A stretch of 64,000 nt of DNA, taken from assembly GCA_016933575.1 (NCBI GenBank), contig JAFGAR010000040.1, positions 133,265-197,264 of the forward strand, in the 5' to 3' direction. The notes below the pieces were generated by a model. That model was not told the origin of the DNA. It saw only the letters and a list, made by a program, of their open reading frames with translations, and searched no databases. Made by a program: the position numbers and the translations under genes. This DNA is from Candidatus Thorarchaeota archaeon (GTDB taxonomy: Archaea; Asgardarchaeota; Thorarchaeia; Thorarchaeales; Thorarchaeaceae). Below, one piece after another: positions 10,041 through 20,595 of the stretch (position 1 is its first letter; every line of letters starts with the position of its first letter).

Positions 10041-11099
10041 TTAGAGCTGTACTTCAGGCAATTCGCCTGCAAAGTGACAAGCCACAAGGTGTCCATCACC
10101 CATGTCTCTATCTTCAGGTATTTCTCTAACGCATATCTCTTGTGCATAGGGACATCTCGGATGGAACCTACAACCTGGTGGAACATTGATTGGACTTGGA
10201 GGTTCACCCTTCAAGGACTCGACACGTCTCTTGACTGTGGGGTCTCCTGATGGTACAGCTGATATCAGAGCTCGAGTGTATGGGTGCATTGGGTTGAAAG
10301 CGACCTCATGTGCAGGACCCATTTCCATTACCTTGCCGAGGTACATAATCCCGATTCTATCAGCAATGTATGTTGCAACAGCAAGATCGTGAGTGATGAA
10401 GAGGTAAGTAAGTCCCAGTTCTTCACGCAGGGTCAGCAGTAGATTGAGAATTTCTGCTCGAATTGATACATCGAGCATTGATACAGGCTCGTCTGCTACC
10501 ATAAACTCTGGATGAAGAATAAGTGCTCTTGCAACAGATATTCTCTGTCGCTGACCTCCAGACAGTTCGTGAGGATATCTATCAATGTAATCCTCAGCTG
10601 GGGTTAGAGCAACACTTTCCAATGCCTCCAAGACTCTTTGTCGTCTCTGACTTGGTGAGAGTGGAATCTTGTGAACCATGAGTGGTTCTTGGACAATGCT
10701 GAATATACTCTGTTTTGGATTGAGTGACTCATATGGGTCTTGGAATGTGATCTGCATTCGTTTTCTCAATTCTTTAATCTCATTTCTATCCAGAGTTGCG
10801 AGGTTCTGACCTGCATAGATGACTTCTCCATCTGTTGGAATCTCGAGATGGAGGATGCATCTGCCTGTTGTTGTCTTTCCACAACCAGACTCTCCTGCAA
10901 GTACAAGTACCTCTCCCTTCTTTATATCGAATGAAACACCATCGACTGCTTTAACGAAGAGTTCTTGTCTATACAACATTGAGGAGAGAAAACCAGTGTT
11001 GACTGCAAACCACTTTCTCATGTTCCTGACTGCAATCAGAGTTTCGCCGTCTCTAATGTCAGTGGAACCTTGTAGAATTCTTGATTCGTCTATTGTCAT
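10041..11099 (-). CDS. oppF: Oligopeptide ABC transporter ATPase
   Basis: GESGCGKT, LSGGQRQR, ADEP, HPYT...GCRFHPRCP (oligo_HPY). Confidence 0.95.
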   Translation of the reverse strand: MTIDESRILQGSTDIRDGETLIAVRNMRKWFAVNTGFLSSMLYRQELFVKAVDGVSFDIKKGEVLVLAGESGCGKTTTGRCILHLEIPTDGEVIYAGQNLATLDRNEIKELRKRMQITFQDPYESLNPKQSIFSIVQEPLMVHKIPLSPSQRRQRVLEALESVALTPAEDYIDRYPHELSGGQRQRISVARALILHPEFMVADEPVSMLDVSIRAEILNLLLTLREELGLTYLFITHDLAVATYIADRIGIMYLGKVMEMGPAHEVAFNPMHPYTRALISAVPSGDPTVKRRVESLKGEPPSPINVPPGCRFHPRCPYAQEICVREIPEDRDMGDGHLVACHFAGELPEVQL

Positions 11100-11105
11100 T
11101 ATCAA

Positions 11106-12095
11106 TCACTCCAAATTTATCTCAATCTCGCCTCTAAGCTGCTCTGCAAAGTGACATGATACGAACCTATCTGGCTCAATCTCCATAGGTTGAGGATCTT
11201 CCTTTGAACAGATATCCTGTGCATACGGACATCTCGGATGGAACCTACAACCTGATGGCGGAGAAATCAGATCTGGTGGCGAACCAGGGATTGATGTTAG
11301 TTTCTTTTGTTCAGCTTTTACCATGCTTGGAATCGCACCTACAAGACCAGTAGCGTATGGGTGGACTGGATCCTTGAAGACTGATACTACATCAGCCAAC
11401 TCTACGATTTTCCCAGCATACATGATTGCTGTCTTATCGCAAGTTTCAGCAATGACACTCAGATCGTGTGTGATTAGAATGAGTGAGAGTCCAAGATCTT
11501 TCTGAAGCTTTTGCATCAACTTCAAAATTTGAGCCTGGATTGTAACATCTAGTGCTGTGGTTGGCTCATCTGCAATCACAAGATCTGGGTTACACGCAAG
11601 AGCCATGGCAATCATGGCCCTCTGACGCATTCCCCCAGAAAACTCGTGGGGATAGTTGTGAATACGACCGGGATCTAGACCGACCATCTCAAAGAGCTTA
11701 GCACAACGGTCTAGCGCTTCCTCCTCTGTCACATTTTCGTGCATAAGGATAGCTTCAGCAATCTGTTCTCCTATCTCGAAGACTGGGTTCAACGCATTCA
11801 TAGCGCCTTGGAAGACGATAGCAACGTTCTTCCAACGGATGTCCCTCATCTCCTTTGCGGTCTTGCGAATTAAGTCGTCACCCTTGAAGTAAACATTTCC
11901 TCCAACTATATTCGCTGCAGGTGGAAGAAGCTGCATAATTGAATACGCCAAGCTTGACTTTCCACAACCAGACTCACCTGCTAGTCCCACAGACTCACCA
12001 GGTTCCAATGTTAGGGAAACGTTGTCGACTGCTTTCACAAGACCCTTCTGTGTTTGATAATACATCCTTAGATTTCGAATGTCCAGCAAGGGCAT
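11106..12095 (-). CDS. oppD: Oligopeptide ABC transporter ATPase
   Basis: [24 protein letters not shown], oligo_HPY; ATG at 12095 after AAGGAG. Confidence 0.95.
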   Translation of the reverse strand: MPLLDIRNLRMYYQTQKGLVKAVDNVSLTLEPGESVGLAGESGCGKSSLAYSIMQLLPPAANIVGGNVYFKGDDLIRKTAKEMRDIRWKNVAIVFQGAMNALNPVFEIGEQIAEAILMHENVTEEEALDRCAKLFEMVGLDPGRIHNYPHEFSGGMRQRAMIAMALACNPDLVIADEPTTALDVTIQAQILKLMQKLQKDLGLSLILITHDLSVIAETCDKTAIMYAGKIVELADVVSVFKDPVHPYATGLVGAIPSMVKAEQKKLTSIPGSPPDLISPPSGCRFHPRCPYAQDICSKEDPQPMEIEPDRFVSCHFAEQLRGEIEINLE

Positions 12096-12277
12096 GATTG
12101 TACACTCCTTCGAGCCAATAGTGGCCACGGGTATGGCATCTGCCTCACCCTTATTGAAGTAGCAACCTTTAGGGTCGGCTTAAATATGTTGCTTTCAAAG
12201 ACATTCGTCCCAGATTGTTACGTAGAGTCGGGTACACATCTGATACACAATCAGTTGACTATAGTGAACTCTAATTT

Positions 12278-12304
12278 TCTAGAAAGTAACTCCTACTTTC
12301 TAGA
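12278..12304. promoter_or_regulatory. Perfect inverted repeat in the divergent opp intergenic region (candidate operator)
   Basis: TCTAGAAAGTA-ACTCC-TACTTTCTAGA. Confidence 0.4.
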
Positions 12305-12461
12305 CACCGCCTGATTAGAAAAGGTAAAAGGGAGTTCGGCAAAGACACTATTGTTGATAAAGATGTCAAGAATGGCTGTCAGATCATTTCCTAGAACCCG
12401 TAATAAACCACAGAAACGAATCCTTTTGATTCCATTTATTCTAATGTTTGGTGGATGGGCG

Positions 12462-12686
12462 ATGACATTCATCCAGATTCTCCAATTCATCGGATCAATC
12501 ATCGCCTTGACTGGAGCTCTTACTACCTTCCTGGTTGGAGCTGTTTTTGCTGATTTATGGGCTGCTGAGCGACGAACACGTCAAATGATTGAAGCGCGTC
12601 GTGCAGAAGGTCAAGAAACACAAGTTGAGGATATTGAAACTCACGATATCAAGGATCCTTTTGAAGAAACTTATGATGAAGAATGA
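12462..12686 (+). CDS. Small single-TM protein with acidic tail
   Basis: Likely start MTFIQ after GGTGG; hydrophobic helix then acidic C-terminus. Confidence 0.6.
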   Translation: MTFIQILQFIGSIIALTGALTTFLVGAVFADLWAAERRTRQMIEARRAEGQETQVEDIETHDIKDPFEETYDEE

Positions 12687-12901
12687 TTGTATCTCTATCT
12701 AAACGATTGGAGAACTTATTAAATATAATTAATCATTCGTCTTGTGCTCCTTTTTCTTTTGCACACCCGAACCATTGCCTTTTTTAAGCGAAATTTTCGC
12801 TCTTTCACCATCCATATGAGATAAGAGAACTATTCTTCTCATTTGAGTGAGGGACCCTCATTCATCTGAGAATGTATAGTCAAACTAGCGGAGGATTATA
12901 T

Positions 12902-14476
12902 TTGTCCGGATCCAAAAAAGGTTGGAGAGACAGTAACTGGTATGTAAGTATTACTGGTTTCTGGAGAGAATATCGCAAACACAGAATTGGTCTTGTTGGA
13001 CTGGCTCTGATAATAATTTTTGTAGGAATGGCGATTTTCGCACCAATATTGGTAACACATGATCCCACGCCGCAAGCAAAGGTTGCTCCCACATATCTTG
13101 CTCCATCGTGGCTATCCGTGTTTGACCCTAACGGTGTTGTAACAGGTGATTTACTGACAGATCCAAATCTAGAAGAAGCACCACTCATCGTGACGAACGG
13201 GACGAGCACAGAATTCAGTGGTGTTCATGTTCCAACAAGCGAATCGAATAATCACAGCTATGTGAATTTAACTTGGTCACATACAGCTGGCAATATGCTT
13301 GATTATAATGTAGACCCTGAGAATATCCTGCCAGATTACAATGATTTTGTGTATTTTGAGCAGAATTTTACTTGGCCCTACAATAATAATCCAAGTGACG
13401 TGAATATGTCTATCTCTTTCGGGACAACCCTCACAGGAGACTTTGCTCCTGGTGTACAACTTAGTAATAATCTGATGTTTCGAGTCTATGTCTGGCTTAT
13501 AGATTCTAGCAATCAATGGACAAAGGTCTATGAATCGAGAGAGGCAACTTATGTCGAAGCCATCCAAGAGAAACGAATCAGTATGAACTATCTGAGCATA
13601 AAGGATGTCTTTGGTGGCATGGTTCTTGTTAATGGTACTCAAGAAGACCCATCGAATGATGTTCGAGTTCTTGTTGGCCTATCTCCTTATCGCTATTTCA
13701 ATGACACAGTGACTTATGGAGATCCATGGAGTTTCTATAATGGTAATGTCACCTTTACCTTTACGAGTCTTAAGATGATTGCATACGGTAACTACTTTGG
13801 TCTGATGGGTTCAACTAACTGGGGTGCTGATGCATATTCCCAACTCATCTATGGTAGCCGAATCTCTCTGATTATTGGTATTCTTGCAACCGGTCTTTCT
13901 ACAGCTCTTGGTGTAATTGTAGGAATGGTTGCTGGTTATTTTGGAGGAAAAGTCGACGAAGTACTTATGAGAATTGTTGACTTCCTTCTTGTCATTCCAG
14001 GATTGCCGCTTATGATGGTGCTTGCAGCGTTTCTAGGTGCATCTATAGGAAATATCATCATAGTCATCGCGATATTGGGATGGACCGGAACGTCTCGGTT
14101 GATACGGTCTCAGGTCTTGGCAGAAAAGAATAAAGCCTATGTCGAATCAGCAAGAGCTATCGGAGCCTCAGACACCTATATTATGTTCCGACACATTCTA
14201 CCCAATGTCACTCCTATTTTATTCGCAAATATCACTCTTGGAGTCGTTGGTGCAATCCTATCTGAGGCTGGTCTCTCATTCCTTGGACTGACCGATCCTG
14301 AAGATCCTAGCTGGGGAAGGATGCTTGCTGACGCACGCACTGGAGGCGCCTTCAGTACTGGAGCGTGGTGGGTAGTACTCTTCCCGGGGTTGATGATCAC
14401 TCTGCTCTCACTTGCATTTACATTTGTAGGGCATACATTGGATCAAGTTCTGAATCCAAGACTGAGAGAAAGATAA
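12902..14476 (+). CDS. oppC: Oligopeptide ABC permease with large extracellular insertion
   Basis: OppC N-terminus, MGSTNWGAD...GSRISL, EAA loop YVESARAIGAS, SWG.ML, NPR; TTG after GGAGG. Confidence 0.93.
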   Translation: MSGSKKGWRDSNWYVSITGFWREYRKHRIGLVGLALIIIFVGMAIFAPILVTHDPTPQAKVAPTYLAPSWLSVFDPNGVVTGDLLTDPNLEEAPLIVTNGTSTEFSGVHVPTSESNNHSYVNLTWSHTAGNMLDYNVDPENILPDYNDFVYFEQNFTWPYNNNPSDVNMSISFGTTLTGDFAPGVQLSNNLMFRVYVWLIDSSNQWTKVYESREATYVEAIQEKRISMNYLSIKDVFGGMVLVNGTQEDPSNDVRVLVGLSPYRYFNDTVTYGDPWSFYNGNVTFTFTSLKMIAYGNYFGLMGSTNWGADAYSQLIYGSRISLIIGILATGLSTALGVIVGMVAGYFGGKVDEVLMRIVDFLLVIPGLPLMMVLAAFLGASIGNIIIVIAILGWTGTSRLIRSQVLAEKNKAYVESARAIGASDTYIMFRHILPNVTPILFANITLGVVGAILSEAGLSFLGLTDPEDPSWGRMLADARTGGAFSTGAWWVVLFPGLMITLLSLAFTFVGHTLDQVLNPRLRER

Positions 14477-14488
14477 GCACATATATTC

Positions 14489-14540
14489 GGGTAGGTGAGT
14501 AACAAACTCCCTACCCACATCCCTTCTTTTTCTTACTTTT
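14489..14540 (+). terminator. Hairpin plus U-tract terminator after oppC
   Basis: GGGTAGGTGAGT-AACAA-ACTCCCTACCC then CTTCTTTTTCTTACTTTT. Confidence 0.7.
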
Positions 14541-14644
14541 CCATCTCGCCGCCTTGAACACTATGCTTATTAGGCAGATAGGCGAGTTTCAAACCATAGT
14601 ACTTAGTGTCGCTAGGTACTGTCAATAATGGAGTGAGTCTGGTA

Positions 14645-15706
14645 ATGGGACTTAGAGAATATATCATACGAAGAAGCATCTACATGTTTCTCCTAGTAGT
14701 AGCTGTAGTTTGTTTCAACTTTTTCCTGTTCCGACTCCCAACGTTCTTGTATGGGGCTAGTCCAGTTAGCCTGATGCTCAGCGACGAACTTCGTCGTAAT
14801 CTGACGCAAGACTTGCTTGAATCCATGTACGCGAACTTCGGTCTCGTACCCGATCCAGATATTTTCGATTGGATCTATATGTTCTGGCGATATCTTGTCA
14901 GCATGTTCACAGGCAACTTTGGAGTCTCATTCTTGACACAGCGACCAGTGATGGACTCGATTGTAGAACGCCTACCCAACACACTCCTATTGATGGGTAC
15001 TTCTTCAATGGTTTCTATCTTGCTTGGCATCTACACTGGTGTCAAAGTGGCTGCTGATCCTGGTTCTCGAAAGGATGTCAGTGCAGTCACGGTAGCCCTC
15101 TTCATCTACGCTTTACCTGTATTCTGGTTAGGCATGATGCTCTTGCTGATCTTTGGATTTATGCTTCCGGAGTGGACACAAGCTGTTTGGGGAGTCCGTA
15201 TAGGATTCCCGCAGTTTGGTACTATCAGTTATGATGTCTGGGAGCTTGCAAGAAACAATCCACTGGGGGCTCTTATGGTCACTGCAGACGTGTTGCACCA
15301 CCTATTCCTACCCATGATTACTCTCGGTGTAGGTGGGTATGGTGGATACTTCCTCTACATGCGTAATAATCTCATTGACGTCATGACTGAGGATTATATC
15401 CTGACAGCACGTGCAAAGGGTCTCGATGAGAATCAAGTGCTCTACAAGCACGGTCTCAAGAACGCCATGCTACCAATGGTTACAATTATCGCAATGAACT
15501 TTGGATTCCTCATTAACGGAGCAACGCTTACAGAAACGGTGTTCACGTGGCGAGGTCTGGGGCGATTCATATTTGACAGTCTGTTGTTGATGGATTACCC
15601 AGTTATCCAGACCATCTTTATGATTATTGCAATCACTGCAATCTTGGCGAACTTTGTAGCGGACTTGCTATACGGAGTACTAGATCCAAGAATCAAGTAC
15701 GGGTAG
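14645..15706 (+). CDS. oppB: Oligopeptide ABC permease
   Basis: GNFGVSF, RLPNTLLL, DYILTARAKGL, DYP, DPRI. Confidence 0.95.
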   Translation: MGLREYIIRRSIYMFLLVVAVVCFNFFLFRLPTFLYGASPVSLMLSDELRRNLTQDLLESMYANFGLVPDPDIFDWIYMFWRYLVSMFTGNFGVSFLTQRPVMDSIVERLPNTLLLMGTSSMVSILLGIYTGVKVAADPGSRKDVSAVTVALFIYALPVFWLGMMLLLIFGFMLPEWTQAVWGVRIGFPQFGTISYDVWELARNNPLGALMVTADVLHHLFLPMITLGVGGYGGYFLYMRNNLIDVMTEDYILTARAKGLDENQVLYKHGLKNAMLPMVTIIAMNFGFLINGATLTETVFTWRGLGRFIFDSLLLMDYPVIQTIFMIIAITAILANFVADLLYGVLDPRIKYG

Positions 15707-15716
15707 TCGTTGAACT

Positions 15717-15752
15717 GAGGTGGTCGTATTACGACCCCTCTCTTGTTTTTTT
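15717..15752 (+). terminator. Hairpin plus U-tract terminator after oppB
   Basis: GAGGTGGTCGTA-T-TACGACCCCTC then TCTTGTTTTTTT. Confidence 0.7.
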
Positions 15753-15948
15753 CATATTCTCATACAAAGATTGAATTTGCAAGGCCAATAACTTCGTTGT
15801 TCTATTTTTTTATTCGATAAACATCTAATCAATTATAACTAATGCTCACATATACACAACGCTTACAGGATACAAAATCCTTTTATTGACCACTAGTGAA
15901 AGTCCCGTATCCGAAATCGACTCGGAACGGAAAGGAGATAGAGAGAAT

Positions 15949-17802
15949 ATGCTTGATCGTAATAAGCGACTGGTAGCTATCACTCTCACCGTAGCATTTC
16001 TTTTTATGGCAATATCACCTGCAATATCAACTGCAGTAGATGTGCCTGCTGATTTGAACTACGGTCCATATGTAGATAAAATCGTCTACAAAGTGATATC
16101 AAACCAGGACCAAAGGATCCTCGCTCTCCAATCTGGCGAAATTGAAATGGACAATAGCTTCTTTGATCCAGTTCACCTTCCCACTTTGGATGCAGATCCT
16201 GATATAGACATTTTCAGCGCTATTAGAAACGGATATGGTCACATCACTATTAACTGTCGTGACTATCCATTGAACATTAGCGGTCTGAGAAGAGCCTTTG
16301 CATTTGCGTTTGACAAGACACGAGTCACCGCAGAGATCTTGGATGGCTTTTCGCAAGAGCACGACTCATTAGTGCCCTACCCGAATGGCTGGTGTGTTGA
16401 GGACCAATTCGGCTACCACTACTACACAGCTCAGGTAGCGATTGGCAACCAGATACTCGATGATCTTGGATTCGACATCGACCCGGTCTCCGGGTACAGA
16501 AACGCACCAAATGGTCAACCCTTCGACATTGAGATCGAATACGCATCATCATCAGCTGAGATTGCTGGTGGTACTGCTCAGATTGGTGTGGATGCTCTCA
16601 CAGCACTTCACATCAATGCTCGAACCCGTGCTGCAGACTTCAACGAGTACATCTCAAGGCTAGACAGCCATGGTAATTATGACATGGTCTTCTACGCTGT
16701 GAACTTCTACAGCAATGATGTTGACTGGCTTGCCTATGAGTACTGGTCCGAGTACGCAAATACTCCCTACCAGAACCCAACCAATTTCAGGAACTCAACA
16801 TATGACGGCTACAGACAGGATCTCCTCTACGGCACAACCTATGAAGAAATCTATGCTGCAGCGAAAGGCATGCAAGAGGTCCTCCAGTACAATGTCCCGA
16901 GACTTGTTTGCTACGAGAACACTTACATGCAAGGTTACAGGAACGATAAGTTCACTGGCCACGTTGAGGACCTTGGTCGGTACATCACTGGTCCATGGAC
17001 CATGCGAAAGATCCACAAGATCGATGGTACTTGGGGTGGTACACTTCCAATCGCAATCAGCGAGGAACCAGACAGCTTCAACATCTACGTAACCAACTCT
17101 GCTTACTCTGCAGCTATCTTGGAGAACCTCTGGCCATCACTATATGGCTTTGGTCCAGACCTTAATCCATATCCTGATCTTGCAGAGAACATGATAACTG
17201 AGACTCATGCAGAAAATGCGGCAGTTCCAGCAGGTCACACTCGATTTATCATTGATATTGTCCAGAATGCAACCTGGAGTGATGGTACACCGCTCACAGC
17301 GAATGATGTAGCATTCTCATTCACCTACGCATTTGAAAGCGGAGCGCTAGGTAACCCAGCTGGTACAGACATCGGTGACCTAGTCGGTGCAACTGCACCA
17401 ACTCCATACCGCTGTGTGATCGAGTTCAACACTGAGTCATACTGGCACTTCTCCAACTTCGCATACGATACTATTATTCCACAACATATCTTCAACGATG
17501 TCGATGGAATTGGTTATGCTGGTTGGAACACCTGGAACCCAGTGTTCGATCCTGACGTGCCCAACGTGAACTGTGGTCCATTCAAATTCACCGACTTTGA
17601 AGCTGGTGAATTTTATGAAGTTACATGGAACCCATTGTTCCACTATGCTCCACCAAACCACGACAACCCAACAACTGGCGGTGAAACTACCACAACAACC
17701 ACTGGTGGTGGCTTCAACACAATGTTGGCAATTGTTGCTGGTGCTGTTGGTGCAGCAGTAGTCATCCTCGTTGGTGGCTTTGTACTGCTCAGGCAGAAGT
17801 AG
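15949..17802 (+). CDS. oppA: Peptide ABC substrate-binding protein (family 5), circularly permuted, C-terminal TM anchor
   Basis: Signal peptide; LQSGEIEM, LRRAFAFAFDK, PDLAE, WSDGTPLTANDVAFSF, GPFKF; Thr/Gly linker plus TM. Confidence 0.9.
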   Translation: MLDRNKRLVAITLTVAFLFMAISPAISTAVDVPADLNYGPYVDKIVYKVISNQDQRILALQSGEIEMDNSFFDPVHLPTLDADPDIDIFSAIRNGYGHITINCRDYPLNISGLRRAFAFAFDKTRVTAEILDGFSQEHDSLVPYPNGWCVEDQFGYHYYTAQVAIGNQILDDLGFDIDPVSGYRNAPNGQPFDIEIEYASSSAEIAGGTAQIGVDALTALHINARTRAADFNEYISRLDSHGNYDMVFYAVNFYSNDVDWLAYEYWSEYANTPYQNPTNFRNSTYDGYRQDLLYGTTYEEIYAAAKGMQEVLQYNVPRLVCYENTYMQGYRNDKFTGHVEDLGRYITGPWTMRKIHKIDGTWGGTLPIAISEEPDSFNIYVTNSAYSAAILENLWPSLYGFGPDLNPYPDLAENMITETHAENAAVPAGHTRFIIDIVQNATWSDGTPLTANDVAFSFTYAFESGALGNPAGTDIGDLVGATAPTPYRCVIEFNTESYWHFSNFAYDTIIPQHIFNDVDGIGYAGWNTWNPVFDPDVPNVNCGPFKFTDFEAGEFYEVTWNPLFHYAPPNHDNPTTGGETTTTTTGGGFNTMLAIVAGAVGAAVVILVGGFVLLRQK

Positions 17803-17816
17803 ACTATTGTAGTTTA

Positions 17817-17850
17817 AAGGGGACAATTGTCCCCTTCCCCTTTTCTTTTT
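17817..17850 (+). terminator. Palindrome plus U-tract terminator after oppA
   Basis: AAGGGGACAATTGTCCCCTT (20-bp palindrome) then CCCCTTTTCTTTTT. Confidence 0.75.
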
Positions 17851-17951
17851 CAATTTTTATAGTATTCAATAGAGTTGATTGTCTTCTCAGATTGCGTTAA
17901 AGATAGTCTCTTTAATAGTAATTACAATCAAAATGTTGAGGATGCAAAGCA

Positions 17952-18824
17952 TTGAATATTGAACGATCACGGTTGAACATCATCGCAATATCATCTCTTC
18001 CTTTGATAATTGGTACTGCATTAGCTTTGATGATTCTTGATTCAGCAACGATTGGCGACATTCTCAATATGAATTTGCAACCTATTACAATCGTTGATCT
18101 ACTAATCCAAGCAGGAGTATCTGCTGGTCTTGGTACTTTGATTGTGCTTTCATTATTCTATGTAATAGAACGAAGAGGTCCAGGTGCCAAGAGAACGATT
18201 ATTGCTCTAGTTGTATCTCCAATATTGACAGCTTCGTTCTTCCTTCTTGGACAGTCATTACTTCTCATTCTATTCAAAGGAACATCAAACTCCCTTGTAC
18301 CTAGTATTCTCTCCTTTGCCACTCTAGGAGTTTTACTGATGTCTTTTGTTTTTATCATGATGGATTCAGTACCCCCTATAATGAAAAATCTCTTCGTAGC
18401 CTTTTACGGAAGTGTCTTTGGTACATTTCTTGGGGTCATGTACATAACTGCAAGCATGTTCGTACTTGTCATTGTGGTTGTTCTTGAAGATTATTTCCTC
18501 ACAAGACATTCACCTGCCGCTAATGCTGCATTACTAATTGATACTCCGGGTGAGGATCCATTCGATTATACTCGAATTCAATCGAAGAGTGCAGCAGTAG
18601 GCGTGGGTGATTATATCACATTCTCATTGATATCTGCTCATTCATTGATTTTCTTTCCATTTCATGTATGGTTGATGTCTGTTTTCTTGGTTCTGGTAGG
18701 AATTACAATAAATGCGACAATCCTCGCGAAAGAGAATCAAATCCTTCCAGGAATCCCACTACCCGCAATTATGGCACTATTCCCATGGGTAGTTCACATC
18801 ATCAGTTATGGTTTCTTCCTATGA
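17952..18824 (+). CDS. Presenilin/signal-peptide-peptidase-like GxGD intramembrane aspartyl protease
   Basis: About 9 TM; first Asp in VLEDY, VGVGD, PAL-like LPGIP. Confidence 0.7.
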   Translation: MNIERSRLNIIAISSLPLIIGTALALMILDSATIGDILNMNLQPITIVDLLIQAGVSAGLGTLIVLSLFYVIERRGPGAKRTIIALVVSPILTASFFLLGQSLLLILFKGTSNSLVPSILSFATLGVLLMSFVFIMMDSVPPIMKNLFVAFYGSVFGTFLGVMYITASMFVLVIVVVLEDYFLTRHSPAANAALLIDTPGEDPFDYTRIQSKSAAVGVGDYITFSLISAHSLIFFPFHVWLMSVFLVLVGITINATILAKENQILPGIPLPAIMALFPWVVHIISYGFFL

Positions 18825-18882
18825 AAGCTGCGCGGAGCGTAAGTCAAATATGTGTCAACGAAATTTCGATGTGTGATGTAAT

Positions 18883-19425
18883 ATGATTGCTAGCGAACGA
18901 ATCCAAAATATTATCCTTGTTGTTACAATAATCACAGCAATCATAAGCTCAGGGTTCCTTGTTGGAAATGCTGCTTACTATGGCGGGAGTTACGCACTTG
19001 CTGGTCGTCTAGAGGTCAATTTGACTGATATTCATGTAAGCAACGTTAATCCCACAAACGAAACACTCAATCCTGGTGTAGTTCTGACTTTCACCTTGGC
19101 AACATCTGCAGAAACAGAAGGCAATGTCCGCATAACGTTCATGGGTGCTGCTTTAACACTCAATGACGATATACTATCTTACATGGCTTTTGCATATACG
19201 CCTGCTGTTGTCAATCAATATCTCTATCCCTCCTTTAATGTAAGTGTATCTATGAGTCAGACTGCGAATGAGGATGCTGATAGACATACAATTATTGATG
19301 CATATCTTGCTGACACCTGGCATTGGGAAATAGTGTTCAGGTATTCATTCATAATCTTCGATGAGCCTGGCTCAATTATGTGGCGATATATCTACTTCAA
19401 TACAACTCAATTTACTCTGACATGA
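18883..19425 (+). CDS. Membrane-anchored extracellular beta-sandwich protein
   Basis: N-terminal TM, beta-rich, N-x-S/T sequons. Confidence 0.7.
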   Translation: MIASERIQNIILVVTIITAIISSGFLVGNAAYYGGSYALAGRLEVNLTDIHVSNVNPTNETLNPGVVLTFTLATSAETEGNVRITFMGAALTLNDDILSYMAFAYTPAVVNQYLYPSFNVSVSMSQTANEDADRHTIIDAYLADTWHWEIVFRYSFIIFDEPGSIMWRYIYFNTTQFTLT

Positions 19426-19450
19426 TGTATCTGTCTGTTACGAGTGCAGA

Positions 19451-20458
19451 TTATAGTCGTTTCTTAAGTTCGCTGATCTTTTCAACCATCAAGGAATCTG
19501 TTCCATTGATGTCAGCAAGTTCAACTGAAACGCTGTCTAGATAATGTGTTAGACTCAACATTTCCTGAATAGCAGAATCGCCTTTTGCAAATATTTCAAT
19601 TGTTCTAAGACCCATATTTTCGTAGACACTTTTTGTTACATCAAACCGTTTAGCAATTCTAGGATGATATTGAGTGCTTCTTAATAGGATCGGCAATACT
19701 GAGGTCCGATACTTGTTTGCAAAACCTTCAATTTCATTATGATTTGCCTCTGGTAACTCCGAATAGAAGGCGACTGATTTTGAATTCTCATTGATTTGGC
19801 ACTTTGCTCTGTATGCCACAGGAATCAAGTGTTCCGCACCCATGAACAAAGGAATACTGTTGGATATGGACTTGATTATTTCAATTGGCAATTCAATCCA
19901 TTTTCCCCATTCATCTGATGATTTGACTAGGAATGATGATATCGTTTGAAGGTCCGTAGTTACTAGATTCAATAGCTTTTCAGTGACCGGCAAGACAGCT
20001 GATAGAATAAGGGGTAGAGCTGCTCGTGGTTGCAAACCACCAGGCAACTGTATAATCGTTTCATTCTTTCTCTCAGACATCTCTCCGCCAGATGTGATCA
20101 AAATTCTTCTAGCACCACTTGCTGTTGCATTATCCAAAGCTGAGAGTGTTTCTTCAGTATTTCCTGAATAACTTACAGCAATAACAATCCAATTCCGTCC
20201 AACACATTTTGGCAAGACATAATCTTTGACAACCATCATGGGTATTTCTGAACTAGACTGAAGTATCGCCTTTGTGTAGCTACCAGCAATTGAACTCCCG
20301 CCCATGCCAATGAAACATATCCCAACAATTCCCTCTTCTTCATATTCCTTACAAATCTTGGTAAGATTTGAGTCCAACTCAATAGAGCTTAGTAATTGGG
20401 GAAAATGAGTCACCATATTTCTCATATTATCCAATTTAATTGTGCTAGGGAGTGTCAT
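19451..20458 (-). CDS. Bifunctional phosphoglucose/phosphomannose isomerase (SIS)
   Basis: GMGGS, SYSGNTEET, QPRAA, QINENSK, PEANHNEIE. Confidence 0.93.
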   Translation of the reverse strand: MTLPSTIKLDNMRNMVTHFPQLLSSIELDSNLTKICKEYEEEGIVGICFIGMGGSSIAGSYTKAILQSSSEIPMMVVKDYVLPKCVGRNWIVIAVSYSGNTEETLSALDNATASGARRILITSGGEMSERKNETIIQLPGGLQPRAALPLILSAVLPVTEKLLNLVTTDLQTISSFLVKSSDEWGKWIELPIEIIKSISNSIPLFMGAEHLIPVAYRAKCQINENSKSVAFYSELPEANHNEIEGFANKYRTSVLPILLRSTQYHPRIAKRFDVTKSVYENMGLRTIEIFAKGDSAIQEMLSLTHYLDSVSVELADINGTDSLMVEKISELKKRL

Positions 20459-20595
20459 TTTTCAATCGCTCATATACAACTCAGTTCCATAAATGTAGTT
20501 ATTGTTCATCCTGTAGAAAAATTTTCAATAAAGACAAGACTAAAGTAATCCTGATATTTCGACCTACTAGCCAATAATCTATTGGAGGTATACCT

